From assembly GCF_009914755.1 (NCBI RefSeq), contig NC_060928.1: a DNA stretch of 64,000 nucleotides; one strand, written 5' to 3'. The notes under the pieces are model-generated. The model searched no databases. It was not told the DNA's origin and was given only the letters and a program-made list of their open reading frames with translations. Source of the DNA: the human T2T-CHM13v2.0 reference genome, Homo sapiens. The position numbers were made by a program, and so were the translations under genes. Shown piece after piece: positions 1-10,740 of the stretch. The stretch's first letter is position 1. Each line of letters begins with the position of its first letter.

Positions 1-574
1 TTTTATTTAATATGCTCCATTCAAAAGAGCTTACTGGCTCAAATATGAATAATACTTAAATTTTTGAACAATAATAGAAATTTATGTAAATGATACTTTT
101 ATTTTATTAACATTTTTAAGATGCAAAGTGTCCTTTTTCTGGAGAGGCACAGGCATGTGGGAAAACTTGAGAAATTATTACAGCAAACTAAAACATACGC
201 AAAACCAGGATCTTAATGTGAATTACATTTGGAAGCAGTTGAGGGAAATAATGGGTCTTACATTTACTCATTTATTAACTGTAGCATTAGATACTTATTT
301 CAGGTTAAAAATTCAAATGAAAAACATTTTACATTCTTATAAATTATACATATATATGTATCACCATGAAGCATTCCTTCATTAGAACATTTCATTAAAA
401 ATTTCAGGGCAAAATATACTGTTTTAAATTCCTTAAGGATAGTCAGAATCAAAACTATGAAACCTGAAGATGGCTTATATTTTACATGTATTATAACAAA
501 ATTTAAATGTTGTCAAGAATGTTTTCAGCAAAACAAAATGTTAACTCACGATGTTAAAAGAGCAAAAATCTAAA

Positions 575-720
575 ATAATTCATTTATTTATTGAACAATT
601 ATGTGATAGACACTGTGTTAGGTAATAGGGATAAAAAGAGAGCAAAGTGGCCCTTCCTTTCCTGGAGATGATGGCCTACTGGAATATGAGACAGAGAGAT
701 AATAAAGAAGTAAATGAACA
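575..720 (-). mobile_element. L2 LINE 3'-end fragment
   Basis: attcatttattttattgaacaattatgtgatagacactgtgttagg... resembles the reverse complement of the L2 3' terminus; highly diverged. Confidence 0.5.
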
Positions 721-884
721 AAAACAAAAGAATTATTTCTCATGTAACACAGCTAAAGGATGTAGTGATATGAGAGAAAATAATATAGTAGATGGAAGAA
801 GAATGAACCACGTAAGGTAGGTTTGTAAGAAATTTCTTTCATAGAAATTGAAAGCACAAGCATATTTTTAGGGACACAAACAGC

Positions 885-2764
885 AAATACCAGTAAGGTC
901 AAATTCACAATGTCTGGCATTCAATAAAAATTACCAGACATGCAAAGAGGTAGGAAAATACAACTCATACTGAGGAGAAAAATCAATCCAAACCGATCTT
1001 CAATTGACACAGATGATAGATTTAATAGACAATGATATTAAAAGTTATTATAACTATATTCCACATGTTCAAGAAGTTAAAGGAAGTAGAAACATGAATG
1101 ACTAAAATTAAACATCTAGAAATGAAACATACAAATCTGAGATGAAAAACACAGTTGATGGGATTAATGGCAGATTATACTTTGCATAAGAAAGATAAGT
1201 GAAATTGAGAACATACCAGTGAAAACTCTGCAAATGAAACAGGGAAAAAAGACTAAAAAAATAAACAGAGTATCAGTGAGCTGTGGAACCAACATTAAAA
1301 AGCCTAATATATGTGTAACTCAAGTTCCCTAAAGAAGTAGAATAAAGACATAACAGAATATTTGAAAAATAATGACCAATTTTCCAAATTAAATTAAAAT
1401 TATAAGCTCATAGGTCCAAGAAGCTCAACAAACTCCTAGCATAAGATATATGAATGAAACTACAGATAAATCATAATCAAACTGTATAAAACTGGTGATA
1501 AAGAAATAATCTGTAATGAATCCAGACAAAAAAGACATTACATACAGAGGAACAAAGATAGGAATTAGAAACAATGAGATTTCAATATTCCCTTTAAAAT
1601 AATCGAGAGAACAAGTACATTGAAAACCAACAAGGATATAGAGTTGAATAATACTACCAATAACTTAACTAAATTGACATTGACAAAACATTTCAACAAA
1701 CAACAACATAATACACATTCTCGTCAATTGTACACAGAACATGTTCCATGATTGATTAAATTTTGCATTAAAAACTCTCAATAAATTTCAAAAGATTCAA
1801 GTTATATTCAATATGCTCTATGACTAAATTGGAGTTAAGTGAAAAATAAAAATCTATATATAGCTGAAAGATTTTGAAAACTTTAGAAACTATACAACAT
1901 TTCTAAATAACTCTTGGCTCAAAGGGAAATTAGAAAATATTTTGAACTAAACAGTAATGAAAACATAAATATTCATATCTCTAGGCTGTCACTAAAATGG
2001 TACTTTGAAACCTATAGTACAAATGCCTATATTAGAAAAGAAATACTTCTCAAATTAAAGAGCCAAGCTTTTGCCTTAAAACTCTTGAAAAGGAAGAGTA
2101 AATGAAACCCAGAAAATATAAAATAAAGCAAAAAATACAGATCAGAGGAGAAAACGGTGAAATATAAAACAAAAACAATAAAGAAAATCAATGAAACAAA
2201 AAATATTATTTAAGATCAATAGAATTGATTAAATTTTAGCCAAAAAAAGAAGACAAAAAATTTTTCAATATCAGGAATGAGAACAATGTTATCACTACAG
2301 CATCTACAGATAATTAAAATGATGACAGAGGAATATTATAAACAATTTTATACCAATAAATTCAACAACTTTGATAAAATTGACAAATTCTTTGAAAGAC
2401 ACCAATTAACAAAGTTCACTCTAGGAGAAATGGGAAAGCTGTACATATGAAAGAAATTGAATGTGTGGTTAAGCACCTTCCCACAAAAGACACCTACATG
2501 CCCAGATGGCTTCAGTGATAATTTTCACCTAATACTTAAGGGAGGTATTATAGCAATTCTTTGGAAGACCTCAAAGATATTTGAATAGGAAGGAATGTTT
2601 CCCAATTCATTATATGAGTCAAAATATTTCCAATATAAAAACAAGGCAAATATATTCCAAGAGAATTACAGAAAAATATCCTTCAAGAACATAGATTTAA
2701 AAATTCTTAAAAATTTAGCAAACTGAATTTAGCAATATACAAAATAAAATAAAATAGATCATGG
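885..2764 (+). mobile_element. Old mammalian L1 (L1MC/L1MD-like), ORF1 and 5' ORF2 remnants
   Basis: Degenerate L1 ORF1/ORF2-like A-rich sequence (e.g. cccagatggcttcagtgata, ORF2 PGPDGF region); continues at ~5150 after a nested insertion. Confidence 0.75.
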
Positions 2765-2952
2765 ACTTGAGGTAGAGAAAGATGGTGCAATAGAAGGCTC
2801 CACCAACTGTTCCCCCCCAACCCGCCACCCCCCACCACAAGGACACCAATTTAACAAGTATCTATCAAAACAAACAAACAAACAACAAAAAAAAGCAAAA
2901 CACCTTCATAAAAAGCAAAAATCAGGTGAGTACTCACAGTACCTGGTTTTAA
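2765..2952 (+). mobile_element. 5' terminus of an L1MA1-3-type element
   Basis: gagaaagatggtgcaatagaaggctccacc...tcacagtacctggttttaa is colinear with the reverse complement of 41545-41695, the 5' end of the L1MA later in this window. Confidence 0.7.
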
Positions 2953-2961
2953 AACCAGGTT

Positions 2962-3058
2962 TATATATATATAAATAAATTATATTATATGTATATATTA
3001 TATACATTATATTATATATTATATATATAATATATATATTTATATTTATATATATATA
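2962..3058. repeat. (TA)n / AT-rich low-complexity tract
   Basis: Almost pure A/T alternating run. Confidence 0.95.
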
Positions 3059-3109
3059 GTTCCTGAATTATCAATCTCCCCTACTGACATCCTACTAATA
3101 TTTTATTAT

Positions 3110-5135
3110 TCTCCACCAAAAAAGGATTATTACTGAAAAACAAATTCAGTAAAGTTGCAGGATACAAAGCTAACACATAAAAAATAGTAGCATTTCTATA
3201 TGCCAACAGTGAACAATCTGAAAAAGAAATTTCAAAAAAGTAATCTCATTTAAATAGCTGCACATAAAATTAAATATCTAGGAATTAACCAAAGAAGCAA
3301 AAGATCTCTATAATGAAAACTATAAAACAATGATGAAAGAAATTGAAGAGGCCACCAAAAAAGGAAGATATTTCATGTTCATGGATTGAAAGAATCAGTT
3401 TTGTTAAAATGTACATACTACCCAAAGAAATCTACAGACTTCAATGCAATCCCTATCAAAATACCAATGACATTCTTCACAGAAATAGAAAAGAAAAATC
3501 CTAAAATTGATAAGGAATCAAAAAAGACCGAGAGTAGCCAAAGCTATCCTAAGCAAAAAGAGCAAAACTGGAGGAATCACATTACCTAACTTCAACTTAT
3601 ACTACACAGCTATGGTAACCAAAATAGCATGATACTGGCATAAAGACAGACACATAGACCAATGGAACAGAAATGAGAACTCAGAAACAAATCCACACAT
3701 CTATAGTGAACTCATTTTTGACAAAAGTGCCAAGAACATATACTGGGGAAAAGACAATTTCTTCAATAAGTTGTACTGAGAAAACTGGATGTCCACATGC
3801 AGAAGAATGAAGCAAGACCCCCATGTCTTGCTCTATACAAAAATCAAATCTAAATGGATTAAATACTTAAATCTAAGACCTCAAACTGTGAAACTACTAC
3901 CAGAAAACATTGGGAGGAATCTCCAAGAGACTGGTCTGGGAAAACATTTATTGAGTAGTAATACCCCATAAGAACAGGCAACCAAAGCAAAAATTGACAA
4001 ATGGAATCAGATCAAGTTAAAAAGCTTCTGCACAGCAAAGTAAACAGTCATCAAAGTGAGAAAACACACATAGAATGGTAGAAAATATGTGTCAACTACC
4101 CACCTAACAAGGGATTAATAACCAGAATACACAATGGGCTCAAACTCTGTAGGAAAAAAATCTGATAATCCAATTAAAAACTGGTCAAAAGATTTGAATA
4201 GATATTTCTCAAAGGAGACATATAAAAGGCAAACAGGCATGTAAAAATGTGCTCAACATCAGTGATCATCAGAGAAATGTAAATCAAAACTACAACAAGA
4301 TATAATCTCATCTTAGATAAAATAGCTTATATCCAAAAGACAGGCAACAACAAATGCTGGCAAAGATGTGGAGAAAAGAGAACCCTCAAACACTGTTTGT
4401 GGTAATGTAAATTAGTACAACCACTATGGAGAACAAAGTAGAAGTTCCTCAAAAAAACTAAAAATAAAGCTACCATACGATCTAGCAATCCCACTGCTGG
4501 GTATATGCCCCCCACCAAAAAGGAAATCACTATATTGAAGAGATATCTACACTTTCATGTTTGTTGCAGCACTGTTCACAATAGCCAAAATTTGGCTAAG
4601 TGTCCATTAATGAAGGAATAAGCCGAATGTGTTTAGTATTCAGCCATAATAAAGAATGAGATCCTGTCATTTGCAACAACATGGATGGGACTGGAGGTCA
4701 TTATGCTAAGTGAAATAAGCCAGGCCAAAAAGGCAAAGATCACATGTTCTTACTTAGTTGTGGGATCTAAAAATCAAATAATTGAACTCATGGAGATAGA
4801 GAGTAGAAAGATAGTTTCCAGAGGCTGCGAAGGGAAGGGAAGGGTCAGGGGAGATGGGGTGATTAATGGGTACAAAAAAATAAAAAGAATAAATAAGTCC
4901 TAGTATTTGACAGCACAACAGGGTGACTTTAGTCAATAATAATTTAATTGTGCATTTTAAAATAACTAAAAGTGTATAATCAGATAGTTTGTAACACAAA
5001 GCATAAATACTTAAGGGGATGGATACACCATTTTGTATGATGTGATTATTATGCATTGCATGTCTGTATCACAGCATCTCATGTACTCCATCAATATATG
5101 CACCTACTATTTGCCCACAAAAATTTAAATAAAAA
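3110..5135 (+). mobile_element. L1MA1-3-type ORF2 3' half and 3' UTR
   Basis: ORF2-like peptides ([18 protein letters not shown]; YTKIKSKWIKYLNLRPQT) and L1MA 3' UTR ending cacctactatttgcccacaaaaattt plus A tail. Confidence 0.85.
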
Positions 5136-5149
5136 ATTCCTTTAAAAAA

Positions 5150-6225
5150 GCATTATGAGTAAGTAAGGTTTATTCCAGAGATTCTGGTTTAACAATCAGA
5201 CAAAAAGTCTAAAGACTTAAGACTTTAGGAAAAAAAGAGCAATTGATAGAAAATTAATCAATTAAATTCATCATGTTATTTAACCACATAATATCTGAAT
5301 AGATGCAGAAAAAGTATTTTACAAAATCTAATAGCTTTTTTCTCGTAAATTTTCTCAGCGGTGTACAGAGGGGCATTTCTTCAACCTGATAAAGGACATC
5401 TATAAAAAACAATAGCCAACATCATATGTAATGGTGAAAAATTGTATGTTTTCCTCTCAAATTCAGTAACAAAGCACTTCCTTTCACCATAGTGGTGATT
5501 CCACCTAGTGCCATAAGGCCAGAAAAAGTGATGACAGGCATCTATCTTAGAAGCGAAGCAATAAAACTGTCTTTACTCACAGACTACATGTTTGTCTATG
5601 TATAAATCCTATAAAATCTACAAAAGCTGCTAGAATAAACAAGTGACTTTAGTCAGCTTGCAGATTACAAGCTAAATATTTAAAAATCAATTGTTTTTAT
5701 ATATGTGCAATAAAAATCAGAAATTAATATAAAAATTGCATCATGATATATTAAACATAGAAGTATAAATCAAATAAAAGATATGCAAGACTTGAACACT
5801 GAATGCTATAAACATTACTAGTAGAAGTTAAGGAAAATCTAAATAAATGGGGAGATATGTCATATACATTTATCAAAATACTCAATATTGTTAAGACATC
5901 AATTCTCCCCAAATTGATCTACAGATTCAATGCAATCCCAATTATAATTCTAACACAATTATTTGTAGAAATTGACAAGATGATTCTAAAATATATATGA
6001 AAATATGAAGTATCTAGAATAGCCAAAATAACTTTGAAAAAAAAAATGAAGAACGTATACTATCAATGTTAAAACTTATTGCAGAGCTGCAGTAATCAAG
6101 ACAATATGATATTCATGTAAAGATAAATAAATAGATCAATAGAATTGTATAGGGTTCAGAAATAGACCCAGATATATATGGTTAAATTGATATTTGACAA
6201 TAGTGTGGAAAAGACAGTCTTTTCA
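5150..6225 (+). mobile_element. Continuation of the host old L1 ORF2
   Basis: Resumes at the HDQVGFIP-equivalent position where 885-2764 stopped; tagatgcagaaaaagtatttt (DAEKAF-like). Confidence 0.75.
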
Positions 6226-6375
6226 AACTTTTTTGAGGAATAATTGACATATAAAAAGCTGTACAAAATTAGTGTATACATATTGTGCATAAGTGTATAC
6301 CCATGAAACTATCACCATCATCAAGGCCATAAACATATCCATCGCCTCCCAAAGTTTTATTTTGCTCTCTTTATT
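6226..6375 (-). mobile_element. Short L1MA/L1MB 3'-end fragment
   Basis: ttttgaggaataattgacatataaaaagctgtaca...aaacatatccatcgcctcccaaagttt resembles an antisense L1M 3' terminus. Confidence 0.6.
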
Positions 6376-6589
6376 ATCGTTATTGGTTTGTTTCAAATTG
6401 AAAACTTTGAATAGGTAAAGTTTGTTATTGTCAACTAGGGCTTAATAAAGTGGTTAAACAACTTAAATAAAGTAGATTATTCTCTAGCAAAGTTTAATTT
6501 TAAGAACGACATTGGAGACTAAGAAAGAGTGGTTTAAAAAAAAAAAGCTTTAAACAAATAGGATATATTGCATGATGCTAATTCCAACC

Positions 6590-6690
6590 GCAGCATCATG
6601 CAATATACCCACGTAACAAACTTGAACACGTACCCTGTATCTAAAATAAAAGTAGAAATTTTTAAAAAAGGAAATGAGTAAAAAAAAAAA
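6590..6690 (+). mobile_element. L1PB/L1MA extreme 3'-end fragment
   Basis: caatatacccacgtaacaaacttgaacacgtaccctgtatctaaaataaaagt plus A tail. Confidence 0.6.
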
Positions 6691-7604
6691 ATGACAAATA
6701 GAAAGCAATTTACAACATCGTAGGAAAGAAGAAACAATTAGAAATAATCTTAAGAAACAAAGTGTGAGACTTGTATACTAAAAACTGCAAAAGAATAAAT
6801 TTGGACCTCTACCTCACACCATACACAAAAATTAATTATTAATTTAAAATGGATGATAGTCCTAAGTTTGACAGCAAAAACTATAAAACTCCTAGAAGGA
6901 AAGACAGGAGTAAATTTTCATAACCTTGGGTTAGGCAATGGTTTCCTAAATATAACAACACCAAACTCACAATGACAAAAGACAAAAACTCGGTAAACTG
7001 CACTTCGACAAAAACAAAAACGAAAAAGAAACAAAAAACAGGCTTCAAAGGAAACCATCAAGGAAATGAAAAGACAACCCATAGACTAGAAGAAAATATC
7101 TGCAAATCTTATTTGTGGTAATGGACTTGTATAAGGAATATGTAGAGTACTCCTACAACTCAACAATAAAAAAGACAAAAAAATGTTAATGGGCAAATTA
7201 TTTGAATGACACTTTCTCCAAAGAATATATACATACGAACAATAACACATGAATAGATATTCAACATCATAGTCATCAGGTAAAGGTAAATCAAAACCAC
7301 AATGAGATACCACTTCACATCTACTAGAATGATGATAATCAAAAAGACAGAAAATAACAGGTGACAGCAAAGATTATCGAGAAGTTAGAACTCTCATATA
7401 TTGTTCGTGAGATTGTAAAATAGTGCAACAACTTTGCATAAGAGTTTGTCGGTTCTTCAGTATGCTAAAGATATACCATATGACCCAGCAACTCTACCCC
7501 TAGGTATCTACCCATGAAATATTAAAATATATGTTTATACAAAAACTTGTAATCAATGTTCTTTGCCGTATTGTCAAAAACAGCTAAAAACTGGAAATTT
7601 TAGC

Positions 7605-7696
7605 TGTTCATCAACTGATGAGTAGGTAAACAAATGTTCATCAACTGATGAGTAGGTAAACAAAATGTTCATCAATTGATGAGTAGCTAAACAAAA
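7605..7696. repeat. 30-31 bp tandem repeat x3
   Basis: tgttcatcaactgatgagtaggtaaacaaa(a) at 7605, 7635 and 7666; third copy has 2 substitutions. Confidence 0.95.
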
Positions 7697-7700
7697 TTTT

Positions 7701-7788
7701 GACACATGCACGTGTATGTTCATCACAGCAGCAAAGACATGGAATCAACCTAAATTCCGATAAAGGTAGACTGGATTAAGAAAATGTG

Positions 7789-7841
<53 letters not shown>

Positions 7842-8275
7842 AACACATACACACACAATTACAATTTATGGTGTATATACATATATATATATTTCTATAC
7901 ACACACTCCATGAAATACTACACAGCCATAAAATAGAGTGAGATCATGTCCTTTGCAGCAACATAGACAGAGCTGGGGGCCATTATCCTAAGCGAACTAA
8001 TGCAGGAACAGAAAACCAAATATTGCATGTTGCTACTTGTAAGTGGGAGCTGAACATTGAGTACACATGGACACAAAGAAAGGAACAGACACCAGGTCCT
8101 ACTTTAGGGTTGGGAGTGGGAGGAGGGTGAGGATCAAAAAAATACCTATCAGGTACTATGCTTATTATCTTAGTGATGAAATAGTATGTGCATCAAGCCC
8201 CAGTGACAGCCAATTTATCTGCAGAATCAGCCTGCACATGTTCCTCTGAAACTAAAATAAAAGGTTTTTTTAAAA
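7701..8275 (+). mobile_element. 5'-truncated older L1PA (L1PA13-16-like) nested in the L1M
   Basis: gacacatgcacgtgtatgttcatc...gggagtgggaggagggtgaggatcaaaaaaatacctatcaggtactatgctt; host resumes at aaaatgtgg ~8276; contains a (TA)n(CA)n microsatellite at ~7789-7905. Confidence 0.8.
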
Positions 8276-8628
8276 AATGTGGTTCATCCATACACTGGAA
8301 TATTATTTGGTAATAAAAAACAGTGAAGTATTGACACATGCTACAACATGAATAAACTTCAAAAACATTATGCTAAGTGAAAGAAGTTATGAAAAACCTC
8401 ATGTATGATTCCATTTATGTGAAACCTCCAGAATAGGCAAATTCATAGAGGCAGAAAGTTGATTAGTGGTTACCCAAGATTAAGGGATGGGGGTAAATAG
8501 TAGCAGGGTAGGGGATGGGGAGTGACTGCTAATGGATACAAGGTTTATGTTTGCAATGAAGAAAATGTTCTAACATTAGGTTATGGTGATGGTTGCACGA
8601 CTCTGTGAATACCCTATCATTGAGTAAT

Positions 8629-8800
8629 ACACATGATCTCCAACTTAGGATGGTTCAACATAAGATTCGACTTACAATTTTTCAACACAATGATGGTGTG
8701 AAAGTGATAAACATTCAGTATGCTTCTCAACTTATGGTGGGGTTACATCCTGAAAAACCCAACAATGTATGATACGTTTATTAGATGTAACCTTGTTGTA
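8629..8800. mobile_element. MER47-like TcMar-Tigger DNA transposon fossil
   Basis: caacttaggatggttcaac...cgacttacaatttttc...gatggtgtgaaagtgataaacattcagta...ggggttacatcctgaaaaaccc. Confidence 0.7.
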
Positions 8801-9324
8801 ACCTTTATTCAAGAGAGACTGCTGTGTTGCATTTGCGGCACTGGCAGTTTATGCAATCTTCCAAGGGAGATGAAGGCTGTAAGATGAGTCAGGTTCAGAG
8901 GAGCTATAGATATGGCTCATTCACTCAATGCAGGATTTACCCCAAACTACCTGATCCCAAAGGCAGAATGTTGTGGGGGAAGCCCAACTCCTACCTGGCA
9001 CCCAGACTCTGCAGTAAGTATTTCATTGCCTGACATCCTGTGAGAATGCCCTTCCCAGCACCCCTTGGTAGAACATATGACTGTTCATGTATTTACGACC
9101 ACCTTCCTCAATAAACTTTAAACCCCATGAAGACATGAGGACATGAAGACATGTCCCTTTTACAACTCCCAGACACTCAGTGTATAGCAGAGTGCTATTC
9201 CTTTGTTGAGCAAACTGAGCACCTACTATGTGCTAGATACAAGAAATAAATGAATTATTGCTGGAGTGGTATTTTGTTAGCAGGAGCTGCAGACATGTAA
9301 AACCACACCTCCAACAATAAAATA

Positions 9325-9650
9325 AGCCAGGCATGGTGTCTCACCCCTGTAATCCCAATACTTTGGGAAGCTGAAGTGGGAGGAACACTTGAGGCCAGGA
9401 GTTTGAGAGCACCTTGGACAAAATAGCGAGACACCTGTCTCTACAAATTTTCTTTTTTTTTTTTAATTAGCCAGTTGTGGTAGCATGCACTTGCTGTCCT
9501 AGCTACTAGGGAGATTGAGGCAGGAGGATTGCCTGAGCCCAAGAGGTGGAGGCAGCAGTGATCTATATTCACACCACTGCACTTCAGCCTGGGTAACAGA
9601 ATGAGACCTTGTGTCTTAAAAAATAAAAATAAAATTTTAAAAAAGAAAAG
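9325..9650 (+). mobile_element. AluJ
   Basis: Dimeric Alu with J-type diagnostics (ggaggattgcctgagccc, aatagcgagacac); T-rich linker; A tail. Confidence 0.9.
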
Positions 9651-9654
9651 ATTT

Positions 9655-10500
9655 CTTACTTCACCATCAGTTAGGTTCATGGCTGAGATCCCTATTAAAA
9701 AAAAGAGATTAAAAAGAGAAAAGCATACAAATTTACTTAATGTAAGTTTTACATGACATGAGAGTGTTCAGAAATGAAGACCCAAAGAAACAGGAAAATT
9801 TGTGAATGAAGAGTGGAGAGTTGTACAGAAGTACGATCAGACAAAGAGGATATGATTTCATGGTAATAAACTTGGGGGAACTTAGCAAAACCTGTTCAAG
9901 TTGTTCTCTGTGTCCTTGTGTCTTCAGAGATAGGGACATTCCTTTTCTTGGATTATGGATTGAGTAGCCTTTATCCAAAATGGTTAGGACTAGAAGTGTT
10001 TTGGATTTCTAATTTTTTTAAATTTTGGAATATTTGCATATACAAAATGAGATATATTTGGGATGGGACCTAAGTCTAAACATGAAATTCATTTATGTTT
10101 AATACACAATGTATACACATATCCTGAAGGTAATTTTGTACAGTATTTTAAATAATTTTGTGACTGAAACAAAGTTTTGACTGCATTTTGACTGCAACCC
10201 ATCACATGAGCAGATCAGGCAGATCAGCTGTAGAATTCTCTACTTGTAGTGTCATGCAAGATCTCAAAAAGTTTTTAATTTGGGAGCAGATTTTGGATTT
10301 TTTGGTGAGAAATATTAAACCTGCATAGGGAGAGAATCCCTCTCATGAGAGTCTTATAACCTACTTTAGAGAAAAGTCAGAGAATTCTTTATGGCCCGCT
10401 TCAGAAGGACGAAAGAAGGTCAGAAAGACCTTCCTGCTTCTGCTGTTTTCTCATATGCCAAAGTACGTTAATTTGGATTAGAATGTCCTGAACTCCATGA
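9655..10500 (-). mobile_element. ERV1-class solo LTR (MER34-group-like), split by a Tigger element
   Basis: Reverse strand begins tcatggagttcaggacatt...ttggcatatgagaaaacagcagaagcaggaagg; family recalled, not verified. Confidence 0.55.
9957..10325. mobile_element. Tigger4/MER46-type DNA transposon fossil
   Basis: ttgagtagcctttatccaaaatggttaggactagaagtgttttggattt...aatattaaacctg; TA dinucleotides near both ends. Confidence 0.8.
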
Positions 10501-10544
10501 AAGCCAGTGTAAAGAAAAAGTAAAGAGGTGAGTTAACATTTAAA

Positions 10545-10740
10545 ACTTTCTATGTAGCCCAGTGGTGTCCCAGGCATTGCCACACATGAGATTGCATCAA
10601 TTACCAAGATTTTATGTTTTTGTTACTCCTGTTGAAACATTTTAAAAAGCTCAGAGAGGTTAAATTTGCTGAATGTTCCACAACTCTAAATGAAGCTGTA
10701 GTTCCAAACTCAGAGTTATCTGATTTCAATTTTCTTCTCC
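10545..10740 (-). mobile_element. MIR fragment
   Basis: gctcagagaggttaaatttgctgaatgttccacaact resembles the MIR core. Confidence 0.55.

Larger units (their letters stand above)
6790..8625 (+). mobile_element. L1MB/L1MC ORF2 C-terminus and 3' UTR, interrupted at 7697-8275
   Basis: aaatcaaaaccacaatgagataccacttcac (KTTMRYHF) and L1M 3' UTR (ggcaaattcatagaggcagaaagttgattagtggttacc). Confidence 0.75.

Noticed and set aside
3059-3110. Mitochondrial insertion as the filler at the L1 deletion
   Set aside because: The composition is suggestive but I cannot match it to any mtDNA gene; left unassigned
7605-7696. CRISPR-like 30-bp repeats
   Set aside because: Head-to-tail copies with no spacers, derived from L1 sequence
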